From: Alphaproteobacteria bacterium
GTDB lineage: Bacteria; Pseudomonadota; Alphaproteobacteria; G965222575
Direction of reading: 5' to 3'
Length of the DNA: 64,000 bases
Assembly (NCBI GenBank): GCA_965222575.1
Contig: OZ244958.1
Location: forward strand, 608,001-672,000
The first letter of the stretch is position 1; each line of letters opens with the position of its first letter. Shown here one piece after another: positions 28,604 to 37,671 of this stretch. The position numbers and the translations under genes are program-made. The notes beneath the pieces are model-generated. The model saw only the letters and a list, made by a program, of their open reading frames with translations, was not told where the DNA came from and did no database searches.

Positions 28604-30627
28604 ATGATGTATGAGGCTCTTGTAGCTGGTATTTTGGTGTTCCTTGTGGGGTTGTTGTGGGGCTATAGGCAAGGATGGCGGCGTAGGGGAAGAGAACAGC
28701 TTTCTGCTTGTCTTATTTTGGAGAAAAAAAAAAGTATTTTTTCACGACTAGCGCCCTTAAAACGCTTTTTCCTTCTTGTCGCCCCCATGGCCTGATAGAG
28801 AAAAACCATAGGATTGAAAATATTCTCACGGAAGTTGGTATAGCTTGTACCTCTGTTCGTACGGTAGGCAAGAATACCTATGAGATGCGCTATGGAGATG
28901 GGGCGGTTTTAATTACCAGAGAGGACAGAAAGGAGCAGAGTCTCTTTTTGTTTATTCCCTTTAATTTTTATCACAAGGACTATGAAGAGTCTCTTCGGGA
29001 TGTGGTTCACCAGATAAAGACTCCTTGCGTGATTTTGAATAGGTCTTTTCAGATTATCATGGGGAATCAGGAAGCGGCTTTTCTTTTAGGGCATCAAGGC
29101 AAGGAGGAGTTGATGGAGGCTCTATTGTTTCGATTTTTCAATTTGAGTCACCAAGATAAGCTAGCCTGCATACAAAAGATAAGGCGCAATGGGTTTTATA
29201 GCAGGACAGTGCCCTTGCATGGCGAGGATAAGAAGTCGCGTTCCGCGCAAGCTGTTTTTAAGTCTTTAGCGGACAAGAAGATTTTGTGTCTGTTTTATCA
29301 ACCGACGGTGCATATGGGCAGGCACCTGTTTGTGAGGGATAAAATTCACTCTCTTGGGATGCTAGCGGGACAATTAGCGCATAATTTGAATAATATTCTA
29401 GCCTCTATTGAAGGGTATGGGATGATGCTCAAAGAGATGTTACAGGGCGATGCTTTTGAATTTGCTAAACAGATTTTGGAGGCCTCTTCTCAAGGGAAGG
29501 AAATGGTCAAAGAGGTGTTGTGTGTTGCGCAAAAGGACGCAGTGTCCTCGCCAACAGGAGTCAAAGTGGAGAGAATTGTGAGAGAGTTTCTGAAATTGAT
29601 AGAGCCGACTTTGCCTAAGGAGATATCTCTTTGCGTGGAGATTAGAGGGAGCGGTGAAGTTGGGGTATCGAAGGTAGAGATGATCAATCTTTTAATGAAT
29701 GTGTGTGTGAATGCGAAAAATTCTATGACCATAGGACGCATTAGTATTGAGATTTCTGTGGAGGCGCTAGGCAAAGAGATGGAGGGGAAGTTTGGGGATT
29801 CTAGCACGATTTCTGTGCCTATGAATTTAGAGGAAGATGGGAAAGGGATGAAACACCTGTTTGTCTGTTCTGTGAAGCACAAAGGTCCTTATGTACGGCT
29901 TGTGATTAGGGATGACGGGAAGGGGATAGAAGAGGAGATTTTACCGTATATTTTCCAACCGCTTTTTTCCACTAAAGGGAGCAAGGAAGTGTGTGGGCTA
30001 GGCTTGATGCAGGTGTTAGATGTTATGGTGAAAGCCTGTGGTCTGATTCATGTGTGCACGGCGCGGTCTGTTGGGACGACGATGACATTTTATTTTCCGT
30101 TGAAGAATCGGTCGAATGATGCGGTTGTACCGTATTCAGAGGAGGAAAAGTCCCCGTCTGTTGTGTCACGCAAGAGTTGTATTATGGTGGTGGATGATGA
30201 GGTGTTGGTGACCACGATGCTGGTCTCCTTTTTGAAGCGGCAGGGGTATGGAGCGAAAGGGGAAATTTGTCCTATGGCTGCGCTGAGTCAGTTTGAAAGG
30301 CTTTTTCGGACAAGTGGTCGTCGTCCGTGGGATTTGGTCATTGTAGACCAGACCATGGAGGGCATGACAGGTCTTGAGTTCATAGAAAAGATTAAGGCGT
30401 TAGACCCCATGGTGCCGACGATTTTATGTTCAGGGTACTCCGCTGTCATAGCCGCTAATCAAGGTCTCACCTCTTATGCTGATGGATTTTTACCGAAGCC
30501 TTTTGATTTTAAGAAGTTATCTCGTCTGATAGAAGAGCTGTTAAAGCCCTCTCCAAAGGATAGTTTATGGGAGGTTCCTTCTCATAAAAGGGGCGTACGA
30601 AGTATAGGCCACAAGGGGGAACGTTAG
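28604..30627 (+). CDS. CckA-like hybrid sensor kinase (TM-PAS-HisKA-HATPase-REC); 5' TM segment is out of frame
   Basis: LAGQLAHNLNNIL (H box), NVCVNA, IRDDGKGI, IFQPLFSTK, GLGL and receiver VVDDE..DLVIVD..LCSGY..LPKPF. The shift lies at the A10 run (28724-28733) or the C5 run (28782-28786). Confidence 0.85.
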
Positions 30628-31336
30628 GGCCTGCGGCGGTGCGGGATTTTTGGTGAAAGATAGCGGGAATTTGTTCTGGTTTCCATTGGTGTTTGCCGAT
30701 TTTCAATAAGGTTCCTACTAGGCACCGCACTTGGTGGTGTAAGAAAGAAGGGGCGCAAGCCGTGATGAACAGGCTGTCTCCTTTAGAGATGAGGTTGAGG
30801 GAAGAGAGGATTTTTTGAGGGGAAGGGGCTTGACAATCTGTGTCTCTGAAGCTTGAGAAGTCATGGTATCCTTCTAGGAGGCGACAGGCTTTTGTCATCA
30901 GTGCGGTATCAAGAGGGACTCTTACCAGCAGGGCGCGATTGCGGTTGAGGCAAAGATGGGCGCGGCGATTGAGGATGTGGTAAACGTATTGTCTCTCTAA
31001 AGCGTTGAATCGCGCATGGAAGTCGGAGGGGACGCTTTGTACATGTAAAATGGAAATTTGTCCGCTGAAGGGGAGGCTTGTGTGGAGATAGTGGTTACAT
31101 CCATCCCGCAACCGTATAGGGGAATGAGGTTTTGAGAAGTCGGCATGGGCGATTTGACATAAGGCATGAACGCCTGCATCCGTACGACCAGCTCCGAAGA
31201 AAGTTGAGGTCTCTGCCGTTAGAGCTTTGGCTGCCTGTTGCAGAAGGGACTGAATACTTATGGCGGTTTTTTGCTTTTGCCAGCCTGCTAATCCTGTGCC
31301 GTCATACTCTATGATAAACAGGTAACGAAAAGACAT
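30509..31336 (-). CDS. truA: tRNA pseudouridine(38-40) synthase
   Basis: IEYDGT..GWQ, GAGRTDAGVHA, FHARF, HDFSSFR and FLHHQVR. Confidence 0.96.
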   Translation of the reverse strand: MSFRYLFIIEYDGTGLAGWQKQKTAISIQSLLQQAAKALTAETSTFFGAGRTDAGVHALCQIAHADFSKPHSPIRLRDGCNHYLHTSLPFSGQISILHVQSVPSDFHARFNALERQYVYHILNRRAHLCLNRNRALLVRVPLDTALMTKACRLLEGYHDFSSFRDTDCQAPSPQKILSSLNLISKGDSLFITACAPSFLHHQVRCLVGTLLKIGKHQWKPEQIPAIFHQKSRTAAGPNVPPCGLYFVRPFYEKEPPINYPLERALTALLSDEITS

Positions 31337-31365
31337 AAGGACAATGTTGGTAGAGAGGTAAGTCT

Positions 31366-32286
31366 TCAGAGGAGGGTTTGTCCTAGGAGAGGGAATCCGC
31401 GGAGAAACTCCTGAATATTTTGAGGGTTTTTAGAAGCCCGTTGTAGGGTTTTGAGTTGTAGAGAGCCTTGTCCGCAGGCCACTTGTCCTCCTTGTAGCAC
31501 TTCTCCTACATTAGCCTGTACGTCTCCTTTGAGAGAGCAATTCAAGACTTTAATCACCTCCTTCCTAGCTTGGAACCAGACGCCCGGTTCTTTTCCGAAA
31601 GCAAGGAAGAGGTTATAGAGATTCTGTGCTGGTTTTCTGAAGTCTAGGCGGGTTTGTTGAAAGGTAACAATGGGAGCGGTGGAACTTTCTTCTTCTCTTT
31701 GGGGGGTAGGAATCAGATGCCCTTGTTGGTAGGAGTTTAGGGAATGCAGCAAAAAAGTTGGGGCGGCTTGAGCTAGGAAGTCCGTGATTTGTTCAGTGGT
31801 AGCGGAGAGAGGTCTTAAGAAGGATTGCTGTGCGATGATAGCCCCTGTGTCAGTACCTTTATCCATAATGATGAGGGTCTGTCCTATGGTGCGGTCTCCG
31901 TTTAGGAGTGTGTGTGGGATGGGGCAAGGGCCGCGCCAACGGGGGAGCAAGGAGGGGTGGAGATTGAGGCAGTGTTTTGTCGGCAGGGCTAGAAAAGAGG
32001 GAGGTAATAAAAGACCATAGGCTATGACGATGACCAGTTCGGGTTTTAGGGAGGCAAAGGTTTGAAAAGCGTCTTGGGTTTTGAGACTTGGGGGGGTAAA
32101 GAGAGGAAGGTTGTGTTCTTGGGCAAATCGGTGTACAGGAGTGGCAAGGTGGGCGTTTTTCCTTGTTTGGGGGGGGCGGCTATAGACTCCTTTGAGATGG
32201 TAAAGAGGCGAAAGATGAAGGGCTTTCAGAGAGGGGATGGCAAAGGAGGCACTGCCCATGAAGAGAGTGCTGATAGCACTGGTCAT
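31366..32286 (-). CDS. fmt: Methionyl-tRNA formyltransferase
   Basis: FMGSASFA, AYGLLLP, NLHPSLLPRWRG and MDKGTDTG; ATG at 32286. Confidence 0.93.
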   Translation of the reverse strand: MTSAISTLFMGSASFAIPSLKALHLSPLYHLKGVYSRPPQTRKNAHLATPVHRFAQEHNLPLFTPPSLKTQDAFQTFASLKPELVIVIAYGLLLPPSFLALPTKHCLNLHPSLLPRWRGPCPIPHTLLNGDRTIGQTLIIMDKGTDTGAIIAQQSFLRPLSATTEQITDFLAQAAPTFLLHSLNSYQQGHLIPTPQREEESSTAPIVTFQQTRLDFRKPAQNLYNLFLAFGKEPGVWFQARKEVIKVLNCSLKGDVQANVGEVLQGGQVACGQGSLQLKTLQRASKNPQNIQEFLRGFPLLGQTLL

Positions 32287-33044
32287 AGCAATCTCTCCCC
32301 TAAAGTGATACAAAAGGCAGCAAAACTGATGCCGGGTGCGAAGGGGAAAGGCGTTGTGAAAGAGGTCTTGCGTTTTCGGGACAGAAATACCCCTATTAGA
32401 GTGCTGGTGGAGGCTAGAAAAAACAACAGCGGTACCTGATAGGGGTGTATCCAAAGAGAGACGAAGGCTAAGAGATAAATATCTCCTTCTCCTATGCCTT
32501 TTTGTCTTCTGAGGAGGGCGTATCCACTGGATAAGACAATGACAAAGATGAGGGCTAGACCTGTACTGGTGAAACATAAAGGCACTTGGGGAACTCCTAT
32601 GGTGAGGGCGCTACTTAGGCTTATGCCTCCGAGTCCTATCAGATAGAGAGGAGAAATCATCCCGCACTGCCAATCTTCGACAGCAATGGCTAGTAGCAGA
32701 GAGCCGAAAAGAGCGAAAACCACACTCTCTTTTCCTCCTATGAGAAAGAAAAGGGCTATGAAAATGCCCAAGCATCCTCCTTCAAATAGGAGGTAATATC
32801 CTTGTGGATAGGGCTTTTGGCAGTGGCGGCATTGGCCGCGAAGAAGGAGTGTTGAGAGGAGGGGGACAAGCTCCCATAATCGGAGTGACTTTTGGCAAGT
32901 GGGACAATGGGAAGGCTTGAAGAGAATCTTGTAAGGAGAGTTTTGAGCTATCTTCAGGCGGTAAGAGAGGCAGCCTAAGAAACTTCCTAAGGAGGCGAAA
33001 AACAGACTACCTAGAAGGGCTAATATTATGGAAGAGGAGAACAA
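32283..33044 (-). CDS. pilD: Prepilin peptidase GspO/PilD
   Basis: GSFL, PSHCPTC..L..WELVPLLS..LRGQCRHC, GEGD and PFPFAP. Confidence 0.9.
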   Translation of the reverse strand: MFSSSIILALLGSLFFASLGSFLGCLSYRLKIAQNSPYKILFKPSHCPTCQKSLRLWELVPLLSTLLLRGQCRHCQKPYPQGYYLLFEGGCLGIFIALFFLIGGKESVVFALFGSLLLAIAVEDWQCGMISPLYLIGLGGISLSSALTIGVPQVPLCFTSTGLALIFVIVLSSGYALLRRQKGIGEGDIYLLAFVSLWIHPYQVPLLFFLASTSTLIGVFLSRKRKTSFTTPFPFAPGISFAAFCITLGERLL

Positions 33045-33079
33045 TTTGTTTTGGGTGTGTGTGTGTGATGGTACTAGTT

Positions 33080-34264
33080 TTAGAAGAGGGCAACAATTTG
33101 TTTGGTTGTGTTATCGTAGATGGCTTTTAGGGTTGCGCTGTTTTTCTTGAGGGTGAGGCTTATATAGCGGTGGTTGTAGGGGTCTCCTTTGAGGTGTAGG
33201 AATTTTTTAATTGTGTTGGCGTGTAAGGTGCCGACGGAAAAGGCGAGGTGGTCGTAAGTCCTGTCTATTTTGAGGGCGTTCAGAGCGGTACGACAGACAT
33301 TGGGGGGGAGATTTGTTAGTGCTGATAGGAGAGAGGGAGAGAGGGTATTGGGTTGTAATTTGTTGAGATTATAGGGGCTGAAGTGGGTTTGTAGGAAGGC
33401 CACTAGGTCTATGGAGCTATTTTTGAGAAAGAGAGCCTGTCCTATTGAGGAGAAAGCGGTGTTGTGGCTTTGGTGGTGGAGTTGTTGTTGGTGGAGGTAG
33501 GTTCCTTCTGTGTTGAGTCCTCGGGGGAAGATATCTGGGTCTTTCCAATCGGCGAGTGTTGCGGCGAGGGCGGGGGCTTTTTGAGGAGAGAGACCGAGAT
33601 GGAGGAAGAGGCGTTTGAGTGTTGCTTCCTCTAGGAGATTGGGGTTGAGTTTTCCTTTACCTGCGTATTGTACGGTGACGGAGATGGTAGATTTGTCGTT
33701 TAAGGAGAGTTGATAGGGGATTGGGGAGGGGTTATATTGTTTGACGAACAAGGAAGAAGCGAAGAGGTTCAGAGTGAGTTTTTCTGTTTTCAGCAAGGAG
33801 GGGTCTATTTGGAAGGGTTGGTCTGTGGGGAGCAAGTCGTCAAGGTCTATAATATTTTTGAGTAGTTCTTTGAGGCTGTTGAAGAGACGGTTTTTTTCCG
33901 TTTGATATTTTTCGAGCTTGATGACCATTTCTTTGTGATAGGAGGTGACCCAATCTTTATGGACTACTAGGGCGGCGTTTTGTGCTATAGCAATCAGGTA
34001 GGCTAGTCCGTCGTAGAGTTCTCTTTTATGGAGGGGGTAGCTTCCTAGCTCTTGGACGACTTTTTTGTTATCGAGAGAGTGCAGCAGTTGTGCTAGGAAG
34101 ACGGAAGCCCCTATGGTGATCCAAAGGACGAAGATAAGGATAAAACCCCGACCTCTAGGAAGAGGTCTTCTTGTTTGCCTGCGCGCACCATTTGGAGGCG
34201 TAGTACTACAGGTCGCGGTTGGGTGTGTTGAGCGGTTGGGTGTGATGTCCACTGAGATGTCCAT
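33080..34264 (-). CDS. gspK: T2SS minor pseudopilin GspK-like (start uncertain)
   Basis: RG|FILIFVLW prepilin-like segment without E5, GKLNPN, LADWKDPD and N..FSS. Confidence 0.72.
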   Translation of the reverse strand: MDISVDITPNRSTHPTATCSTTPPNGARRQTRRPLPRGRGFILIFVLWITIGASVFLAQLLHSLDNKKVVQELGSYPLHKRELYDGLAYLIAIAQNAALVVHKDWVTSYHKEMVIKLEKYQTEKNRLFNSLKELLKNIIDLDDLLPTDQPFQIDPSLLKTEKLTLNLFASSLFVKQYNPSPIPYQLSLNDKSTISVTVQYAGKGKLNPNLLEEATLKRLFLHLGLSPQKAPALAATLADWKDPDIFPRGLNTEGTYLHQQQLHHQSHNTAFSSIGQALFLKNSSIDLVAFLQTHFSPYNLNKLQPNTLSPSLLSALTNLPPNVCRTALNALKIDRTYDHLAFSVGTLHANTIKKFLHLKGDPYNHRYISLTLKKNSATLKAIYDNTTKQIVALF

Positions 34265-34791
34265 TGGTGATTGTTGTAATAGGAAAAGGCTACCTTATCT
34301 ACTTGGTTGAATACAACCCCTTGCCATTGTCCTGGGGAAGAAAGAGGCATAGTGTCTAGGGTTTCCATCATAGCGAGGGCTTTTTGGTGTTGGTTTAGGA
34401 GGGCGTGGGGGAGGGGGTCGAGGGAATTTTGAGGGGCAAGCCAAGGCGGGGGGAGAGTCGTTTCTGTGTAGACGAGAGCCTTTTTTTGAGGGGTAAAAGT
34501 GTAAGAGACAAGAACGGGGATGGGGGTTTCGCCGTATTGAGCGCTGATGGGAGAGATGAAAGTAATCTGGTGAGGGGTTCCTTCCCAAAAAGACCCTAAG
34601 GGAGAGGAAGAAGGCACATAGAGTTGATGCCGAAAAAAGGACAAAGCCGTCATGAGTGGTCTGTGTTCTTGGGTATACTGTCCGCTTCTTAACACAAAGC
34701 TGTAAAGCTGTATCCCTACGAGTATCACCAAAGACGCCAAGAGAAAGGCGATGAGAATTTCCATGAGGGTAAACCCTTGAGACTGTTTCAT
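34111..34791 (-). CDS. gspJ: T2SS minor pseudopilin GspJ-like
   Basis: Class III signal QG|FTLMEILIA and the AFSYY...W.SQW...P motif. Confidence 0.75.
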   Translation of the reverse strand: MKQSQGFTLMEILIAFLLASLVILVGIQLYSFVLRSGQYTQEHRPLMTALSFFRHQLYVPSSSPLGSFWEGTPHQITFISPISAQYGETPIPVLVSYTFTPQKKALVYTETTLPPPWLAPQNSLDPLPHALLNQHQKALAMMETLDTMPLSSPGQWQGVVFNQVDKVAFSYYNNHQWTSQWTSHPTAQHTQPRPVVLRLQMVRAGKQEDLFLEVGVLSLSSSFGSP

Positions 34792-35053
34792 ACTGACTAT
34801 TTTATCGGTATTATGGGGGCTTCTTCAAGCCCTCTTCATGAAGGCTTGCTTTGTTTTACGGCTAATTGTCATGAGGATATTGAAGACTCTATTTTTTTTG
34901 AGGACAAGGGCGGCGTCTTTAAGGTTTTTTAGTTATTGTCCTGTTGAGTGAGTTGTGTTATGATGTGCTGAGGGTTTTATTGAACTTGTAAAAGGACGTG
35001 TTAGGGGAATGAGGGAAGGAGACCATAGAGAGAAGAGAGCGAAAGGGAATAAA

Positions 35054-35872
35054 ATGATGAAGTACTGTATCGGTCTTATGTTAGGAGTTTTTCTTTTCTT
35101 TGGTACGAGTTTTGAGGTACAGGGAGGCGGGTTTTTGTATATTGGCACCAGTTTTAGTGATGTGAAGCTTAAGCGGAATTTAAGTGTAAAAGAGGTGGCA
35201 GACCCTGTGTCAAGCTCTATTTATTTTGAGGGCGTTGATAAATTTGAGGAGAAAAGAGTACTAGGGTTCTTTACAGGTGGGCACTATTATGTGATGTCCA
35301 ATAAGATATTCAGTGCTGGGGCTTATGGAGAGTATAAGAAATTGGGGAAAGTTGCTCGTTGGCTTGATTTGGAGAATGCCTCTAGTGCTGCTAATGGTGA
35401 GTTGTATAATGAAACAGGCTCTGAGAAAGCTTCTATGAGAATCAATCTTCAGGAAGGAGAGTTAACAACCTTAGGCGTAGGGGGTATTGTGGATGTAGGG
35501 GCTTGGGTTTTTGGAGGTGGGGCGGTTTCTTTTTATGGAAAATTTGGCTATCAGTACACGACCTTGCGCTTGAAAGAGCATAGCCTGAATTGGGAAGGGG
35601 CTATTACGTCTCGAACGGTAAAACCTGACACCGCTACACTCTTGACGACTGGGGTGCGTAACATTGCGGAATCTTCTGCTTCCATCCTTAGGATTGCTAT
35701 AGCGGGTGGCGTGACTCTTTATAGCAAAGGCGGAATGGTGGCTTTCTTAGAATATGGAGGTCTACAAATCCCTGTGCCAGCCAATAAGGAAGGTGATAAA
35801 TCTCTGGGAGAATTGAAAAAAATAGAAGGATGGATTACAATAATTTCCCTTGGCGTGGGGTATAAATTTTAG
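35054..35872 (+). CDS. Outer-membrane beta-barrel paralog 6
   Basis: Signal peptide, FYGKFGYQ, FLEY and terminal LGVGYKF. Confidence 0.8.
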   Translation: MMKYCIGLMLGVFLFFGTSFEVQGGGFLYIGTSFSDVKLKRNLSVKEVADPVSSSIYFEGVDKFEEKRVLGFFTGGHYYVMSNKIFSAGAYGEYKKLGKVARWLDLENASSAANGELYNETGSEKASMRINLQEGELTTLGVGGIVDVGAWVFGGGAVSFYGKFGYQYTTLRLKEHSLNWEGAITSRTVKPDTATLLTTGVRNIAESSASILRIAIAGGVTLYSKGGMVAFLEYGGLQIPVPANKEGDKSLGELKKIEGWITIISLGVGYKF

Positions 35873-35902
35873 AGAGTTCAGCAGTTTGAGGAATTATTAT
35901 TA

Positions 35903-35931
35903 TTGACTTTCTTGGTGATGTGGGTTAAATA
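35903..35931 (+). promoter_or_regulatory. Putative sigma70 promoter for OMP paralog 7
   Basis: TTGACT-N17-TAAATA; AGGGAGG RBS before the start. Confidence 0.5.
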
Positions 35932-35995
35932 TGCTAAAGCTTTGTAGGAAGTTAGTTCTCAAGGATTTTTAATTTTTCAGGGAGGTGTATCTCTT

Positions 35996-36928
35996 GTGAT
36001 GAAGTATTTTTATAGTCTTATTTTTTGTCTTTTTTTCCTAAACTCTCATGGGAGTGCGGAAGTGATGCCTGAAGATACATTGATTATTTCTTTGGGGACG
36101 GGCTGGTCGAAAATTGATGCCGAGAGAAGTTTTCGTATGCAGGTTCGTGAGTGGGATTACAATGAGAGGTATTCTTGGTATGCTTTGCGGGGTACTGAGA
36201 AATTGGTACTGAAAGACAAGAATAAGAGAGGCAGTATAGGCTATGACCTCTCTTTGGGGTATGAGATGAAGTTTGGGGATAACATGATGATAGGGACGCA
36301 GTTGTATTATGTCATTTTAGGGGGCTTTCAACATAATTTTTCTGCCACGGATATTACAGCTTTTGAATCTGCTCCTGCTTATTTCCGTTCTTTCTCTCTT
36401 TCAGAGGGTTCTGTGACGTTGAAAGAGGGCAAACTATCAGCCATAGGGTTAACGATTCCCATTGGATTTATTTTTGAAACTTATGGGGGTTTCTCTACTA
36501 TTTTGGCTATAAAGATTGGCTATCAACGTACAAAGACCATTCTTGAGTCGAATACTGAAGGCGGCAATAGTTTCGGTTTGTCTGATGATGCGAAATATGA
36601 AATTCCGGGGAAAAGTTTTTCCCTAGCCTTAAAGGAGGTGAAAGCCATTAAATACGCCTTTGTGATAGGGGGAATGGTATCCTTTGTCATGCCGTCAGGG
36701 ATTTTTTTGGGGCTAGAATACGATATCATGAAAGCCTCTCTACCAGCCTATAAAGCGGAAGATTTTGCGCTTTCTCTTGTGTTTGCTGATATGGATGTGA
36801 GAGGAGACAAGCGCGCAATGAATGACCCGCTGGCAATAGAGGGCAATACGTCTGTTAGTTCGGAGATGACAGAGGTAAAAAACTTGAATCTTCAGCGGTT
36901 GTCTGTACGAGTAGGCTATCGTTTTTAG
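35996..36928 (+). CDS. Outer-membrane beta-barrel paralog 7
   Basis: Signal peptide, SLGYE, TIPIGF, IKIGYQ, GLEY and terminal RVGYRF. Confidence 0.8.
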   Translation: MMKYFYSLIFCLFFLNSHGSAEVMPEDTLIISLGTGWSKIDAERSFRMQVREWDYNERYSWYALRGTEKLVLKDKNKRGSIGYDLSLGYEMKFGDNMMIGTQLYYVILGGFQHNFSATDITAFESAPAYFRSFSLSEGSVTLKEGKLSAIGLTIPIGFIFETYGGFSTILAIKIGYQRTKTILESNTEGGNSFGLSDDAKYEIPGKSFSLALKEVKAIKYAFVIGGMVSFVMPSGIFLGLEYDIMKASLPAYKAEDFALSLVFADMDVRGDKRAMNDPLAIEGNTSVSSEMTEVKNLNLQRLSVRVGYRF

Positions 36929-36938
36929 AGCAAGCGGG

Positions 36939-37589
36939 ATGGGTGCCCCGGTTGTAATCACCATAGATGGAAGGGGGGCTACAGGGAAAAGCACTCTGGC
37001 GAAAAATCTTGCTTCTAGGATGGGGGGAGTTGTGATACATACGGGTGTTTTGTATCGCTATATAGCAATGTGTGTGCTAGAGGCCGGGGGGGCGGTCACA
37101 CAAGAGAGTGTATTGGCTTGTGCGCTACTAGAGTTGAAGCAGTCAGTACAGAAAGTAGAATCCCTTGTGTTGGGGCAGTTGTCACTTTCGAAAATGGAGA
37201 CTGAAGCGGTAGCGGAAGTGGCGTCACAGATAGCTGTTTTTCCATTGGTGCGCACTTTACTTACGCGTTATCAACGAGAGTTGATAACGCGCTATTGTCA
37301 AAAGAAGAAGCCTGTGATTTTAGAGGGTCGTGATGCAGGGAGTGTTGTTTGTCCGGAAGCGGGGGTGAAATTCTTTTTGGAAGCCCCTCTAGCAGTAAGA
37401 GTGAAGAGGCGGGATGTTACTATGGAGCAGCAGTTGAGGCGGGATTCTCGGGATGAAAAGCGCACCATAGCCCCTCTTGTCTGTCCTAAAGACGCTTATA
37501 TACTTGATACAACGGGCAATAAGGAGTCCATGACAAAAGCGGCTATGGCGTATATTGCTTCTGTATTTCCCCATGAGACTCTCTGGTAA
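36939..37589 (+). CDS. cmk: Cytidylate kinase
   Basis: ITIDG..ATGKST, TGVLYR, EGRD.G.VVCP and RD.RD; upstream of rpsA. Confidence 0.92.
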   Translation: MGAPVVITIDGRGATGKSTLAKNLASRMGGVVIHTGVLYRYIAMCVLEAGGAVTQESVLACALLELKQSVQKVESLVLGQLSLSKMETEAVAEVASQIAVFPLVRTLLTRYQRELITRYCQKKKPVILEGRDAGSVVCPEAGVKFFLEAPLAVRVKRRDVTMEQQLRRDSRDEKRTIAPLVCPKDAYILDTTGNKESMTKAAMAYIASVFPHETLW

Positions 37590-37671
37590 GAAGTGAAAAA
37601 ACTCTTTTCATCCTTTTTGTTTTCCCTGTATACTAGATGCTTTGAAGAAGAATGCATAGGGGTAATAAGTC

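Noticed and set aside
32287-32577. 98-aa N-terminal extension of Fmt
   Set aside because: It overlaps pilD in another frame, and the ATG at 32286 gives a normal coupled start.
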